The position numbers and the translations under genes are program-made. The notes beneath the pieces are model-generated. The model ran no database searches. It saw only the letters and a program-made list of their open reading frames with translations, and was not told the DNA's origin. A DNA stretch of 64,000 nucleotides from an uncultured bacterium (GTDB lineage: Bacteria > Patescibacteriota > Minisyncoccia > Phycocordibacterales > UBA2100). This document shows positions 47,437 through 57,387 of this stretch, one piece after another. Within the stretch, counting starts at the first letter, position 1. Each line of letters opens with the position of its first letter. The stretch is taken from positions 1,059-65,058 of the forward strand of contig CAIOKC010000029.1 in NCBI GenBank assembly GCA_903858755.1. The letters run 5' to 3'.

Positions 47437-50400
47437 ATGAGTGATGAGATTTTCTTTGATGGAGTGAAATACATATCAGCAAGCGAAGCTGGAGATCGCT
47501 CGAATTTGTCGCGGGACTACATCGCACGTCTTTGCCGCGTCGGTACAATCCGTGGGCGGCGCATCGGCACGCACTGGTACGTCCAAGAAGGGTCTCTCAG
47601 TTCGTTTTTGATGAGCAAGGAGTACTCAAGGAGCCAGCGGCAGGAGTCTCTCTCTGAAGAGCGTCTTCGGGAGTACCACGGAGCATCTGCGGACAGTGCG
47701 ATTCCCGCGATGCGCAAAACCACATCGGGTATTTTTGCTCCTGTACCCGCACAGACGCGCGGGTTCTCGCTGCAGCAACATCCGATAGTGCGGACACACG
47801 CGTATGACGTAAAAAAATTATTCGAACAGACGCTTGCGAAAAACGGCGGTACGACATACGCGAGCGCCTCACGCATAGGAAGCGCTCCTGCCGGTTTCGC
47901 TCACGCGGCGCTTGCGCATATCCCTGCGAGCGTACACGTGCCGGCGCACATCATTTCGCCGCTTGCCGAATTCATACACAAGCTCACGGCACTTTCGCTG
48001 GCGGTGATGCTCACGCTCGGCACCTATGCTTTTGTGGATCCGCAGTATGCGCGGTATGCGGCAGACACGATCGCTTCTGATGTCGGCGAAGCGCTCGGCG
48101 CGTACCGCGCGTCGACCGGCGGAGGGATCGGTGTCGCCGCATACCGCGCGCAAAGCCAGCTCGCGGCTGCCGCCGAGAATCCCATCGGTACATTCGCGTC
48201 TATACAAACTGCGTTTGGAAATGGATTCCAAACTATCGCGCGGTCGGTGAATTCACGTATCGACGATCTGGTTTACGATATCGCATTTCCTGAAAATCTT
48301 GTGCGCTCGCTCGGGATTGTCGATTCATCGCGTGCGCGCGTATCGATCGGCGTCGCGCCGTTTGCATCTTCGACCGCTTCCGCAACGCCAGTGAATACCG
48401 TGCAGTCGAAGCAGCCGCATACCGTGATCAATCAGCCTGTCGTCGAGCGCATCGTCGAGACGCAGCGTATCCTCTCCGCCGGCGGGATTACCGAAGAAAT
48501 CCTGCACGCGCGGCTGCAGCAGCTTGATGCCAAACTTTCCGCGCAGATGTACGGTCTGACCGCCGCGAATTCTTCGCCGGTCTTCGTCTCCGCGCCGCAG
48601 TATGCGCCGGCTCCCGTCATCGCGCTCGCGCAAGCGACCCGCATCGACCAGCTCGCAAGTGTCGACATCAGCGGTTCGACGTGGGTCGGAGGATCCATCT
48701 CGGGCGCCTCGATAAGCGGCTCTTCGGTGAGCGCGACGACCCTCTCTTCTTCCGGAGACACGTCGCTCGCCACGACCACTGTATCCGGGAGCCTCGCTAT
48801 CACCTCGGGGACCGCGAGCACGAATCCTTTCGTCGTGAAAGACAACACCGGCACTACCGTATTTGCGGTCGCAAACGACGGGACGCTCACGACGAGCGTA
48901 TCCTCTTCGACGAGTTCGTATTCGCAGCTTCTCATCACCGGAAGCGCGACGGCGACGACGCTCTATGCCTCGAACCTCATCGTCTCGCAGCTCGCGTCGA
49001 CCACGAATGTCCTCACATCTAATAGCACGACCACCAACGCGACGTCGACGAATCTTTTCTCGACGCTCGCGCATTTCACGACCGGCATTATCGACGCCCT
49101 GACGGCAACTGCCGCGACGATCACCGGGCTCATCGCGACAAACGCGACCACCACAAACGCGACGTCGACGAATCTCGCGGTCACGAATCTCACCTCTTTC
49201 GCCGCACCGATCGCGCCGTACTTCACCGCGACCTCGACGTCGATCGCGTCGACACTGCCGTATGCTTCGACGACCGCGATCTCTGGCACCACCGCGCAAT
49301 TCACGACCGCGTCGTCGACCAATCTCGTCGTCTCCGGAGCCGCCACGCTCTCGAGTCTCGCATCCGATTCGCTCCTCTATGCGAACGCGTCCAAAAATGC
49401 CGCCGCGGCAAGCGTCGGGAGCTCGCTCGTCTTCTCCTCCGGTACGCTCTCTCTCAACACCGCCAACGCAAATTCGTGGACCGCGCTCCAATCGTTTGCA
49501 AACGCGTCCTCGTCGAAATTTTCCGTCTTCGATAGCGCGTACTTCGGCGCGACCGCGACCTCTTCGTTCTCATCTGCCGGCGCACTCACGCTTGCGACGC
49601 CGCTTGTGCAGGGAAGCGGCGGTACTGGATTTTCTTCATACACGGCGGGCGATATCCTCTATGCCGACAACATCGGCACGGTCTCAAAGCTGCCCGTCGG
49701 GTCCGCGGGTCAGGTCTTGAAAGTGCAGGCGGGACTCCCTGCGTGGGGGACCGACAATACCGGAGGCGGAGGCGGCGGCTCCGGCTCCAGCATGTGGGCG
49801 ACGACGACCTTGAATCTTATTTATCCAGTAGACACTTCATATCCTGTCGCCATAGGCTCGAATTCGACCTCGACGCCGAACAGCATATTCGAAGTGAGCG
49901 GCCAACAATATATATCAAGCAAATTGGGTATCGCGACGACTTCTCCGGTGACCGCGCTTTCCGTCGGCGGCAATGCGTATCTCACGGGCGGCTTGGGCGT
50001 CGGGGTATTTAATAGTAGTGCGGGGACTTTGCAGACGAGCGGTGCGGCGGTGATCGGCGGATCGCTCACGGTCAACGGGCTCTCGGGCGCTGTGTCTGCC
50101 TCTGGCGGCGTCCTCTCCGCAGGCACCCTCGCAATCGCAAACGGCGGCACCGGCACCACCACCGCTCCCGTCGGGCATCTCCTGTACGGCGGATCAAGCG
50201 CATACCAATCCGTCGCCACCTCCTCGCTCGCCGTCGGCTCCTCGCTCTCCGTCTCCGGCACGCTCGGCTACCAAGTCGGCGGCTCAAACGCGACCTTCTC
50301 CCTCAACACCGCGAACGCAAACTCGTGGACCGCGCTCCAATCGTTTGCGAATGCGTCTTCGACGCTTTTCTCAAATATCGGCACCGCGTACTTCGGCGCG

Positions 50401-52239
50401 ACCGCGACTTCGTCGTTCTCATCCGCTGGCGTCCTCACACTCGCTGGATCCTTGGACGGTCCACTTCAGGCAAACGCTGGCGTAGTATCCGCGACCACTT
50501 CAATCGGACTTCTCTACGGCGGTACGGGAGCGACGAGTGCGAGCGGCGCGCGCACGAATCTCGGTGCGGCGGCATTGGGAGCAAATTCAGACATCACATC
50601 ACTCTCTGGTCTCACGACCGCGCTCTCAGCTGCGCAGGGCGGCACCGCAACGACTACATGGCTCACTGGCGGTATCGTCTTTTATGACGGCTCGACACTC
50701 TCTCAAGGAGCGGTAGCGGCGGATTTCTTCCTCGACCGTACCAACAAACGCCTCGGTGTGGGCACCTCCACTCCATGGGCGCAGCTGAGCGTGAATCCAA
50801 ACGCGCTCGGCAGCGGCGTGCCGGAATTCGCCGTCGGTTCCTCGACCGCGACGCACTTCCTGATCGACGGCGCAGGCAAAGTCGGCATCGGCACCACCAC
50901 GCCCGGCTCGCTCTTCTCCATACAAAACTCCGCCAACTTCGTCGCGAGCGCCACTTCCACTATCTACAACGGTCTTTCCACGCCGTACCTCTCCGTCACC
51001 GGCACATCTGCCACGAGCACCTTCGCCAATGGCATCAATCTCTCGGGCGGCTGCTTTGCCGTGAATGGCACCTGCGTCGGGAGCGGCGGCGCGAGCCTTT
51101 TCACCGACGGCGGCGCGACATCGTATCTCACTTCCACGAGCGACAATCTTGCGGTCGGCACCTCGACCGCATATTCCAAGCTCTCCGTCTGGGGCGCGGG
51201 TACCGGTACAGGGCAGCTCTTCGAACTCACGAACAGCGCTTCGACCACCATCGCGAAATTCCTCGACAACGGCACCGGATACTTCCTCGGCAATATCGGC
51301 ATCGGCACCACCTCGCCCTATCGCAAACTCTCACTCACCGACGCCGTCTCGACGGCGCAAGTCGCGATCGCATACGATGGTACGCGCTACACCGAATTCC
51401 TCACCAATTCGGTCGGCGATCTCGTCATAAATCCGCAGGGCGACGACGCCTTTCTGAACGACGACAACCTCTGGGTCTGCACCGGCGGCTCCTGCCCTTC
51501 GAACAATCCGACAGGCACGGGCAATCTCGTCGTCGAGAACAAACTCGCGATCGGCACCACCACGCCCGATTCGAAGCTCGTGATCGAGACGCAGGACGCG
51601 ACCACCGACTTCCTCCGCATCGCATCTTCGACCGCGCAGGCGCTCCTCGTCTTCGACGAGCGCGGCTACTTGGGCGTGGGCACTTCGACGCCGACGAAGC
51701 AGTTCTCGATAGACAAAGGTCTGTATGTCGGCAACGGTCAGCCCTCCGCGATCGGCACCGCGACCTCCACCATCCAGGGCGACCTCCTCATCACCGGCAA
51801 GCTCGATGTATCGACCATCGACCCCGTATACACCATCGACGGTATGAAATATGCGACATACGGGGCTTCCACCATCGGCATTCGCGAAGAGATGCTCTCG
51901 ACCGTGCGGCTCGATTCGATAGGCGAGAGCGGCAAATACGAGTACCGTATTCCGTTTAGCAGCGTGAAGAAAGATTCGGATGAATGGCTCTTTTATCAAA
52001 TCACGGATTTTGGCAGCGACTGGAGCAATCTCGTCGTTTCGCTCACGCCGTCGTTCGAAGGGAGCGTGTACTACAAGAAAGATATCGCCGCGAATGCGCT
52101 CGTCATCTATGCAGATGCACCGGGCGAGATCTCGATGCGCCTCTCTGCGTATCGCTACGATTTCACGAAGTGGGGCAACGTCCGACCGGATCAGGACGAC
52201 GCTTCGTTCCCCGGGCACGTGATCGATTCGAAGAAATAG
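47437..52239 (+). CDS. Giant HTH-TM-fibre surface protein (about 1600 aa)
   Basis: N-terminal HTH like that of 46102; TM LSLAVMLTLGTYAFV; Ser/Thr/Gly-rich region with ATST/NATST and G(I/V)GTT(S/T)P repeats. Confidence 0.85.
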   Translation: MSDEIFFDGVKYISASEAGDRSNLSRDYIARLCRVGTIRGRRIGTHWYVQEGSLSSFLMSKEYSRSQRQESLSEERLREYHGASADSAIPAMRKTTSGIFAPVPAQTRGFSLQQHPIVRTHAYDVKKLFEQTLAKNGGTTYASASRIGSAPAGFAHAALAHIPASVHVPAHIISPLAEFIHKLTALSLAVMLTLGTYAFVDPQYARYAADTIASDVGEALGAYRASTGGGIGVAAYRAQSQLAAAAENPIGTFASIQTAFGNGFQTIARSVNSRIDDLVYDIAFPENLVRSLGIVDSSRARVSIGVAPFASSTASATPVNTVQSKQPHTVINQPVVERIVETQRILSAGGITEEILHARLQQLDAKLSAQMYGLTAANSSPVFVSAPQYAPAPVIALAQATRIDQLASVDISGSTWVGGSISGASISGSSVSATTLSSSGDTSLATTTVSGSLAITSGTASTNPFVVKDNTGTTVFAVANDGTLTTSVSSSTSSYSQLLITGSATATTLYASNLIVSQLASTTNVLTSNSTTTNATSTNLFSTLAHFTTGIIDALTATAATITGLIATNATTTNATSTNLAVTNLTSFAAPIAPYFTATSTSIASTLPYASTTAISGTTAQFTTASSTNLVVSGAATLSSLASDSLLYANASKNAAAASVGSSLVFSSGTLSLNTANANSWTALQSFANASSSKFSVFDSAYFGATATSSFSSAGALTLATPLVQGSGGTGFSSYTAGDILYADNIGTVSKLPVGSAGQVLKVQAGLPAWGTDNTGGGGGGSGSSMWATTTLNLIYPVDTSYPVAIGSNSTSTPNSIFEVSGQQYISSKLGIATTSPVTALSVGGNAYLTGGLGVGVFNSSAGTLQTSGAAVIGGSLTVNGLSGAVSASGGVLSAGTLAIANGGTGTTTAPVGHLLYGGSSAYQSVATSSLAVGSSLSVSGTLGYQVGGSNATFSLNTANANSWTALQSFANASSTLFSNIGTAYFGATATSSFSSAGVLTLAGSLDGPLQANAGVVSATTSIGLLYGGTGATSASGARTNLGAAALGANSDITSLSGLTTALSAAQGGTATTTWLTGGIVFYDGSTLSQGAVAADFFLDRTNKRLGVGTSTPWAQLSVNPNALGSGVPEFAVGSSTATHFLIDGAGKVGIGTTTPGSLFSIQNSANFVASATSTIYNGLSTPYLSVTGTSATSTFANGINLSGGCFAVNGTCVGSGGASLFTDGGATSYLTSTSDNLAVGTSTAYSKLSVWGAGTGTGQLFELTNSASTTIAKFLDNGTGYFLGNIGIGTTSPYRKLSLTDAVSTAQVAIAYDGTRYTEFLTNSVGDLVINPQGDDAFLNDDNLWVCTGGSCPSNNPTGTGNLVVENKLAIGTTTPDSKLVIETQDATTDFLRIASSTAQALLVFDERGYLGVGTSTPTKQFSIDKGLYVGNGQPSAIGTATSTIQGDLLITGKLDVSTIDPVYTIDGMKYATYGASTIGIREEMLSTVRLDSIGESGKYEYRIPFSSVKKDSDEWLFYQITDFGSDWSNLVVSLTPSFEGSVYYKKDIAANALVIYADAPGEISMRLSAYRYDFTKWGNVRPDQDDASFPGHVIDSKK
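49452..50440 (+). repeat. Internal direct repeat pair of about 140 bp in the fibre gene (approx. 49452-49590 and 50301-50440)
   Basis: SLNTANANSWTALQSFANASS...AYFGATATSSFSSAG.LTLA is encoded twice. Confidence 0.8.
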
Positions 52240-52246
52240 TATCAGA

Positions 52247-52271
52247 ATGATCGATTTACGAAATCACTCAT
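52247..52271. repeat. REP palindrome, RAYT-2 family
   Basis: ATGATCGATTT-ACG-AAATCACTCAT. Confidence 0.85.
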
Positions 52272-52274
52272 CAT

Positions 52275-52952
52275 ATGGAGCTGTATCATGTGCTGAACAG
52301 GGGAGTCGATAAGCGAACTATCTTCATGCGTTCGGCGGATTATGCACGTTTCGTGCACGATATGTATGAATTCAATGACTCAAAACCAGCTAAGAATGCA
52401 AGTCGTAGCTTCGACCCATCAATGAGTGATTTCTCAATGAGTGATTTCGCAAATCGCTCATTGGAGCGGAAAAGAATTGTCGATATACATGGGTGGTGCC
52501 TGATGAAGAATCACTATCATTTGTTGGTATCAGAGCGGGTTGAGGGCGGTCTGACACTTTTTATTCGAAAGCTTAACGTGGGATACGCCAACTACTTCAA
52601 CGACGCATACAAACGGAGCGGTGCCCTTTTCCAGGGCAGGACGAAAAAGATACAGATCGCATCTGATGCGCATTTTCTCCACATGCTCCACTACATCCAT
52701 CTCAATCCGCTTGATTATGTCGCTGGCGCGAAATCCTGGCGCGCCGGTGGAATCTCTGATGTGCGCGCCGCCCGTGCGCAGTTGCAAAAGTATCGATGGA
52801 GCAGCTATCTCGACTACTGCGGTAAAAAGAACTTTCCGTCTGTTATTACAACGGACTTCATGCGCTCGTCGCTCGGCGACATCGAGAGAAAGACAATGGA
52901 GTATTTTGGAAAAATGGATCTGCCAGACATGAAGCACTACGTGCTCGAGTAG
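52275..52952 (+). mobile_element. REP-associated tyrosine transposase, RAYT-2
   Basis: YHVLNRG, WCLMKNHYHL, YFND.YKRSGALFQG, YIHLNP, YRWSS. Confidence 0.9.
52422..52463. repeat. One and a half RAYT-2 REP copies in frame inside RAYT-2
   Basis: ATGAGTGATTTC then CAATGAGTGATTT-CGC-AAATCGCTCATTG; translates as MSDFSMSDFANRSL. Confidence 0.85.
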
Positions 52953-52953
52953 T

Positions 52954-52978
52954 ATGAGTGATTTACGAAATCACTCAT
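52954..52978. repeat. REP palindrome, RAYT-2 family
   Basis: ATGAGTGATTT-ACG-AAATCACTCAT, perfect 11-bp arms. Confidence 0.88.
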
Positions 52979-53016
52979 TGCGAAAGGGTGCGACTCGGGC
53001 TGATATAATGAGCGGA

Positions 53017-56000
53017 ATGGGAGAAATGGGAGAGAATGTGCGACGTCTATTCGCGCTCGCGTTTGTGTTGCCGCTCTTTTTTGTTTTCGCGTACTTACTA
53101 CCCACGAGCGACACAGGACCCGTCCAGTTTGCCGACGCGCAGCTGGGGCGGTATGAAGTGGATTATTCGCTGCGGTTCAACGACGACGATAGTCCGTACC
53201 TCACCAAGACGTTTACGCAGGTCGGCTCGACGACGAAGTGGACTTTCAGTACATGGGTGAAGCCGGGCAATTTGAGCATAGACAGGTATCTCCTGGACGC
53301 CTATGTCGACGCGAACAACAGGACGTATATCGCGCTTGTGTCTTCAAATGCGCTGCAATTCGCCGACTACAGCGGCGGCTCCGCGAGATGCAACAAAATA
53401 ACATCCGCGCTCTTCCGTGACCCCGCCGCGTGGACGCACATCGTGGTTGCGGTGGATACGACACAGGCGACCGCCGCAAATAGGAATCGCATTTATGTGA
53501 ACGGCACGGAGATCACCTCTTTCAGCACTGACACGAATTGCACGCAAAATATCTCGACGTGGATAACCGACGACAACGACAATGCCGGGAGCAACGTAGT
53601 GCACAATCTCGGCAGGTATGGAGGAGGGTCGGCTTATTTCGACGGCTACCTTTCCGAAGCGTACCTCGTCGACGGGCAGCAGCTCACTCCCTCCTCCTTC
53701 GGCTTTTCCGATTCCAACGGCTACTGGCGTCCGAAGGCGTATCTCGGCACTTCAAGCGGCGCGAATAGTTTTTTCGGCACCAACGGCTTTTATTTCAACT
53801 TCGCCTCGACGACCGCGCTCGGCTGGAACCTCGCCTCGACCAGCGCCGCAACTGCCGCATGGACAGCGACCAATCTCGATGCGACGGATCAGACGATAGA
53901 CACGCCGTCGCACACATTCGCCGCTTTCAACAGTCTCGATAAATCAGGGACTGCCGGTACGTACAGCAACGGTAACTTGGTTTGGCTGAACTCGGCGGCT
54001 ACTGGCAACTACGCCCAAGCATACGGGTCAATTTCGATGACGAGTGGAAAATGGTACGCCGAATTCTACATGAATGATGTTACTAATGGTGCACCCGGGT
54101 TTATATTAGGAACAACAAATCCAGGCACTAACAGGTATTTGGGTCAAGATACTTACTCGTACTCGTATATAAGTGACGGCCGCAAGGTTAACAATAGTTC
54201 TTTTACAGCATACGGTGCTTCCTTCACAGTGGGAGATACCGTAAGTGTTACGATAGACGCGGATGCTGGGTCAGTGACCTTTTATAAAAACTGTTCAAGC
54301 CAAGGTGTAGCGTTTAGCGGCCTGACAGGACCGTTCCGCTTTGCCATCGACGGGGAAATAAACGGCGGGGCGAATGCGAATTTCGGACAACTCAAACACG
54401 CAACTTCTACGGCAACAGCGAACACCTTTAGAGACAGCGCTGGGGGGCACTTCATGTGTGCTCCGCCCTCCGGCTACAAAGCCCTCTCGACCGCCAATCT
54501 GCCCGACGTGGCGATACAGAAGCCGGCGAATTATTTCGACGCCGTCGCGTATACGGGAGACGCCGGAGCGACGAAGTCGATCTCGTCTCTCGCTTTTGCT
54601 CCGAGTCTTGTCTGGCTCAAAAACAGGTCGAGCGCGTATAGCCACACGCTTTTCGACGCGATACGAGGCGCGGGGAGCGGCATGTGCCTTTTTTCCAATG
54701 GAACAAACGCGGAAGGCGGCAACTGCGATTCGACCTACGGCTACCTTTCCTCCTTTGACTCGCTCGGATTTACCGTCACCAAAGGCAGCGACGCGACGAG
54801 CTACACCAACGGCTCAGGGCAGAACTACATCGCCTGGAACTGGAAAGAATCCGCAACGAGCGGGTTTGATATCGTCACCTACACCGGGGATGGGAATTCG
54901 TCCAAGACCGTAGGGCATTCGCTCGGGAGCGCGCCCGACTTTGTGATCCAGAAAAGCAGGAACGCGACCGGAGGCTGGCCAGTATATCATCGCTCGCTCG
55001 GCGCCACGGGTGCCGTGCAATTGGAATCCACCGGCGCGTTCAACGTGAGCAGCACATATTGGAACGACACGGCACCGGACGCGACAAACATAACGATAGG
55101 GTCGGGTCTCAACACCAATGGAACCACATATATTTTGTATGCGTTTGACGAAAAAGAAGGCTTCTCCAAATTCGGCTCATACACCGGCAACGGCTCCGCC
55201 GACGGACCGTTCGTTTACACGGGCTTCAAGCCGCGCTTTATCATGTTCAAGCGTACAGATACCGCTTCTGCCAATGCAGACTGGTTCATTCTTGATACGT
55301 CTCGTCTTTCATATAATCCAAACAATCTGTTTCTTTTTCCTGATTTGACCAATGCCGAGAACGCAGCTGGCCTACATTCTGCCGATTTCCTATCGAACGG
55401 ATTCAAGGTGCGCAATACTGGCGATGGCATGAACGCCTCCGGCGGCACCTACGTCTACGCCGCCTTCGCCGAGCAGCCGTTCAAACTTTCGGCGACCAAC
55501 AGTTTCTCGTGGTACGCGAATCTCTTCGGCGCCTCGGGCGAGACCATATTTACGAAAGCAGTGTCTATTACCGGCAATCTCTCGGTCCAATACCAGCTTT
55601 CCAAGGGCGCGGGCACGTTCGTCATCGACCACCCGCTTGATCCGAAAAATAAACTGCTCTATCACTCGTTCGTCGAATCACCGGATCAGAAAAATATCTA
55701 CGATGGGCTAGCGGAATTAGACGAAAATGGCGAGGCTGTCGTGGAGCTGCCGGATTATTTCCTCGCCCTCAACACCGACTATCGCTACCTCGCCACACCC
55801 ATAGGCGAGCCCATGCCTGATTTGCACCTCGACCGCGGCGTCGTGCGCCGCTGGCTTGGGCTTATCGGCGCGCCTGCATTCAAGCTCTCGGGGGGAGTGC
55901 CCGGCGGGCGCGTCTCCTGGCAGGTATCCGGCGTGCGCCAAGATCCGTATGCCCTCGACCACCCCATCACTCCCGAGGCGGAAAAAGGACCAGACCAGCT

Positions 56001-56046
56001 CGTCGACAAAGGGGAGTACCTCCACCCGGAATTCTATGCCAACTAA
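53017..56046 (+). CDS. Membrane-anchored/secreted LamG plus SPRY plus phage-tail-like repeat protein with conserved FVIDHP C-terminal domain
   Basis: SLRFN, WTFSTWVK, FRDPAAWTHIV, SGKWYAEF, YTGNGSADGPFVYTGFKP, DFLSNGFKVR; start placed 7 nt after TATAAT. Confidence 0.82.
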   Translation: MGEMGENVRRLFALAFVLPLFFVFAYLLPTSDTGPVQFADAQLGRYEVDYSLRFNDDDSPYLTKTFTQVGSTTKWTFSTWVKPGNLSIDRYLLDAYVDANNRTYIALVSSNALQFADYSGGSARCNKITSALFRDPAAWTHIVVAVDTTQATAANRNRIYVNGTEITSFSTDTNCTQNISTWITDDNDNAGSNVVHNLGRYGGGSAYFDGYLSEAYLVDGQQLTPSSFGFSDSNGYWRPKAYLGTSSGANSFFGTNGFYFNFASTTALGWNLASTSAATAAWTATNLDATDQTIDTPSHTFAAFNSLDKSGTAGTYSNGNLVWLNSAATGNYAQAYGSISMTSGKWYAEFYMNDVTNGAPGFILGTTNPGTNRYLGQDTYSYSYISDGRKVNNSSFTAYGASFTVGDTVSVTIDADAGSVTFYKNCSSQGVAFSGLTGPFRFAIDGEINGGANANFGQLKHATSTATANTFRDSAGGHFMCAPPSGYKALSTANLPDVAIQKPANYFDAVAYTGDAGATKSISSLAFAPSLVWLKNRSSAYSHTLFDAIRGAGSGMCLFSNGTNAEGGNCDSTYGYLSSFDSLGFTVTKGSDATSYTNGSGQNYIAWNWKESATSGFDIVTYTGDGNSSKTVGHSLGSAPDFVIQKSRNATGGWPVYHRSLGATGAVQLESTGAFNVSSTYWNDTAPDATNITIGSGLNTNGTTYILYAFDEKEGFSKFGSYTGNGSADGPFVYTGFKPRFIMFKRTDTASANADWFILDTSRLSYNPNNLFLFPDLTNAENAAGLHSADFLSNGFKVRNTGDGMNASGGTYVYAAFAEQPFKLSATNSFSWYANLFGASGETIFTKAVSITGNLSVQYQLSKGAGTFVIDHPLDPKNKLLYHSFVESPDQKNIYDGLAELDENGEAVVELPDYFLALNTDYRYLATPIGEPMPDLHLDRGVVRRWLGLIGAPAFKLSGGVPGGRVSWQVSGVRQDPYALDHPITPEAEKGPDQLVDKGEYLHPEFYAN

Positions 56047-56053
56047 CCTCCAC

Positions 56054-56072
56054 AGCAAGGTCCGACCTTGCT
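56054..56072. repeat. REP palindrome, RAYT-3 family
   Basis: AGCAAGGTC-C-GACCTTGCT. Confidence 0.88.
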
Positions 56073-56752
56073 CAGACGCCTGGGTCGGCGTATTCGAGCC
56101 AGTCATGCACGGATTTTCTGAACGTAGCAGGGCTTTCAAAATACTCGGGCAGTGCTGTTGTGTCGACAATTTTTCTTTCGGGACGCTTTGTGCCGGCGTA
56201 GTCCGCGAAGCTCGAGTAGCGAAATTTCTCCAGGAATTCTTTTGTCCGAGATTGGTCTTTGATGCCGTTCTCTTTCCACTTCGAATCGATCAGCTTTACC
56301 GGATTCAAGTGGATGTACGATACGAGATACTTAAGATACCGATCGTTGCCCGCATGCTCGGCTTTATACTTGCCCTGGAAGAGCGCGCCAACTCGCTGGT
56401 AGCGCATATTAAAATACATTGCGTACGCGGTCGTGAGCTTCTGCATAAAAGTACTGATCCCGGAGTCGGAGCGTTCTCGTGCGAGAATGTGGAAGTGATT
56501 CGGCATCAGACAATAGGCGCATATGTCGATAAGCGGCTCGCCTCGGGTCTCGCCGAGCGCCGCGCTGAGCAGGGTTTTGCCTTTTGCGCGGCTGAGGTTG
56601 TCGAGCCGGATGGTTTCGGAGCCGTTGGCGAGGTAGAGGAGAGCAAGAAATCGCTCGTAGTCGGCTTTATTTTGGAATATTTTGCGTTTTTCCGTGCCGC
56701 GATTGTACAGGTGATAATATTCCTCTGGCGCGAACTCGATCTGTCTCGTCAT
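56072..56752 (-). mobile_element. REP-associated tyrosine transposase, RAYT-3
   Basis: YYHLYNRG, YCLMPNHFHIL, YAMYFN.RY...GALFQG, YIHLNP, YSS. Confidence 0.92.
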
Positions 56753-56775
56753 GCCGCCAATGATACCATGGGACG

Positions 56776-56794
56776 AGCAAGGTCCGACCTTGCT
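56776..56794. repeat. REP palindrome, RAYT-3 family
   Basis: AGCAAGGTCCGACCTTGCT, identical to 56054. Confidence 0.88.
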
Positions 56795-56805
56795 ATGGGA
56801 TACGT

Positions 56806-57387
56806 ATGAGCTTCACAAAGAGAATTGCCGCGCTGTTTGTCTTGTGCATTATGCTCGGGGCGGTTTCCGTCGCGCAGGGCGCGGTGAGCACGATATCCAT
56901 AACAACGAATACGCAAGTGGCGTCGAATCTCGACGTGCGCGGCTCCGTCTCAAAAGGAAGCGGCACCTTCGTCATCGATCACCCGCTCCACCCGCGCTCC
57001 ATGCTTCTGTACCATTCGTTCGTCGAGTCGCCGGACGCGAAGAACGTATACGACGGCATCGCTCGTCTCGATGAGAACGGGGAGGCGGCGATACAGCTGC
57101 CAGAGTATTTTGAAGCGCTCAACGAGAATTTCAGATATCAGTTTTTCCCTATAGACGAAGCGATGCCGCATCTCTACATCAAGCAGGAAGTGCGGGACAA
57201 CGCATTCGTCGTTGCCGGAGGCGAGCCGCGCGGCAGGATTTCGTGGCAGGTGACGGGCGTCCGCCACGACCCCTTCATCGTTGCACATCCGATCCGCGTG
57301 GAAGTGCCGAAAGGCGCGGGTCAACCTGTCAACAAAGGAGAATACCTTTTTGGAGGATACGAGCAGGATACGGAACCGTCGCCATGA
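56806..57387 (+). CDS. Secreted protein consisting almost solely of the FVIDHP C-terminal domain
   Basis: Signal peptide; KGSGTFVIDHPL..LLYHSFVESP..KNVYDG..SWQVTGVRHDP. Confidence 0.8.
   Translation: MSFTKRIAALFVLCIMLGAVSVAQGAVSTISITTNTQVASNLDVRGSVSKGSGTFVIDHPLHPRSMLLYHSFVESPDAKNVYDGIARLDENGEAAIQLPEYFEALNENFRYQFFPIDEAMPHLYIKQEVRDNAFVVAGGEPRGRISWQVTGVRHDPFIVAHPIRVEVPKGAGQPVNKGEYLFGGYEQDTEPSP

Noticed and set aside
49452-50440. Diversity-generating retroelement TR/VR pair
   Set aside because: Both repeats are in frame within one gene, the differences are mostly synonymous and not adenine-specific, and no reverse transcriptase is present
52954-53016. ORF-track start of the 1030-aa protein
   Set aside because: That ATG belongs to the REP palindrome; TATAAT at 53004-09 supports ATG 53017
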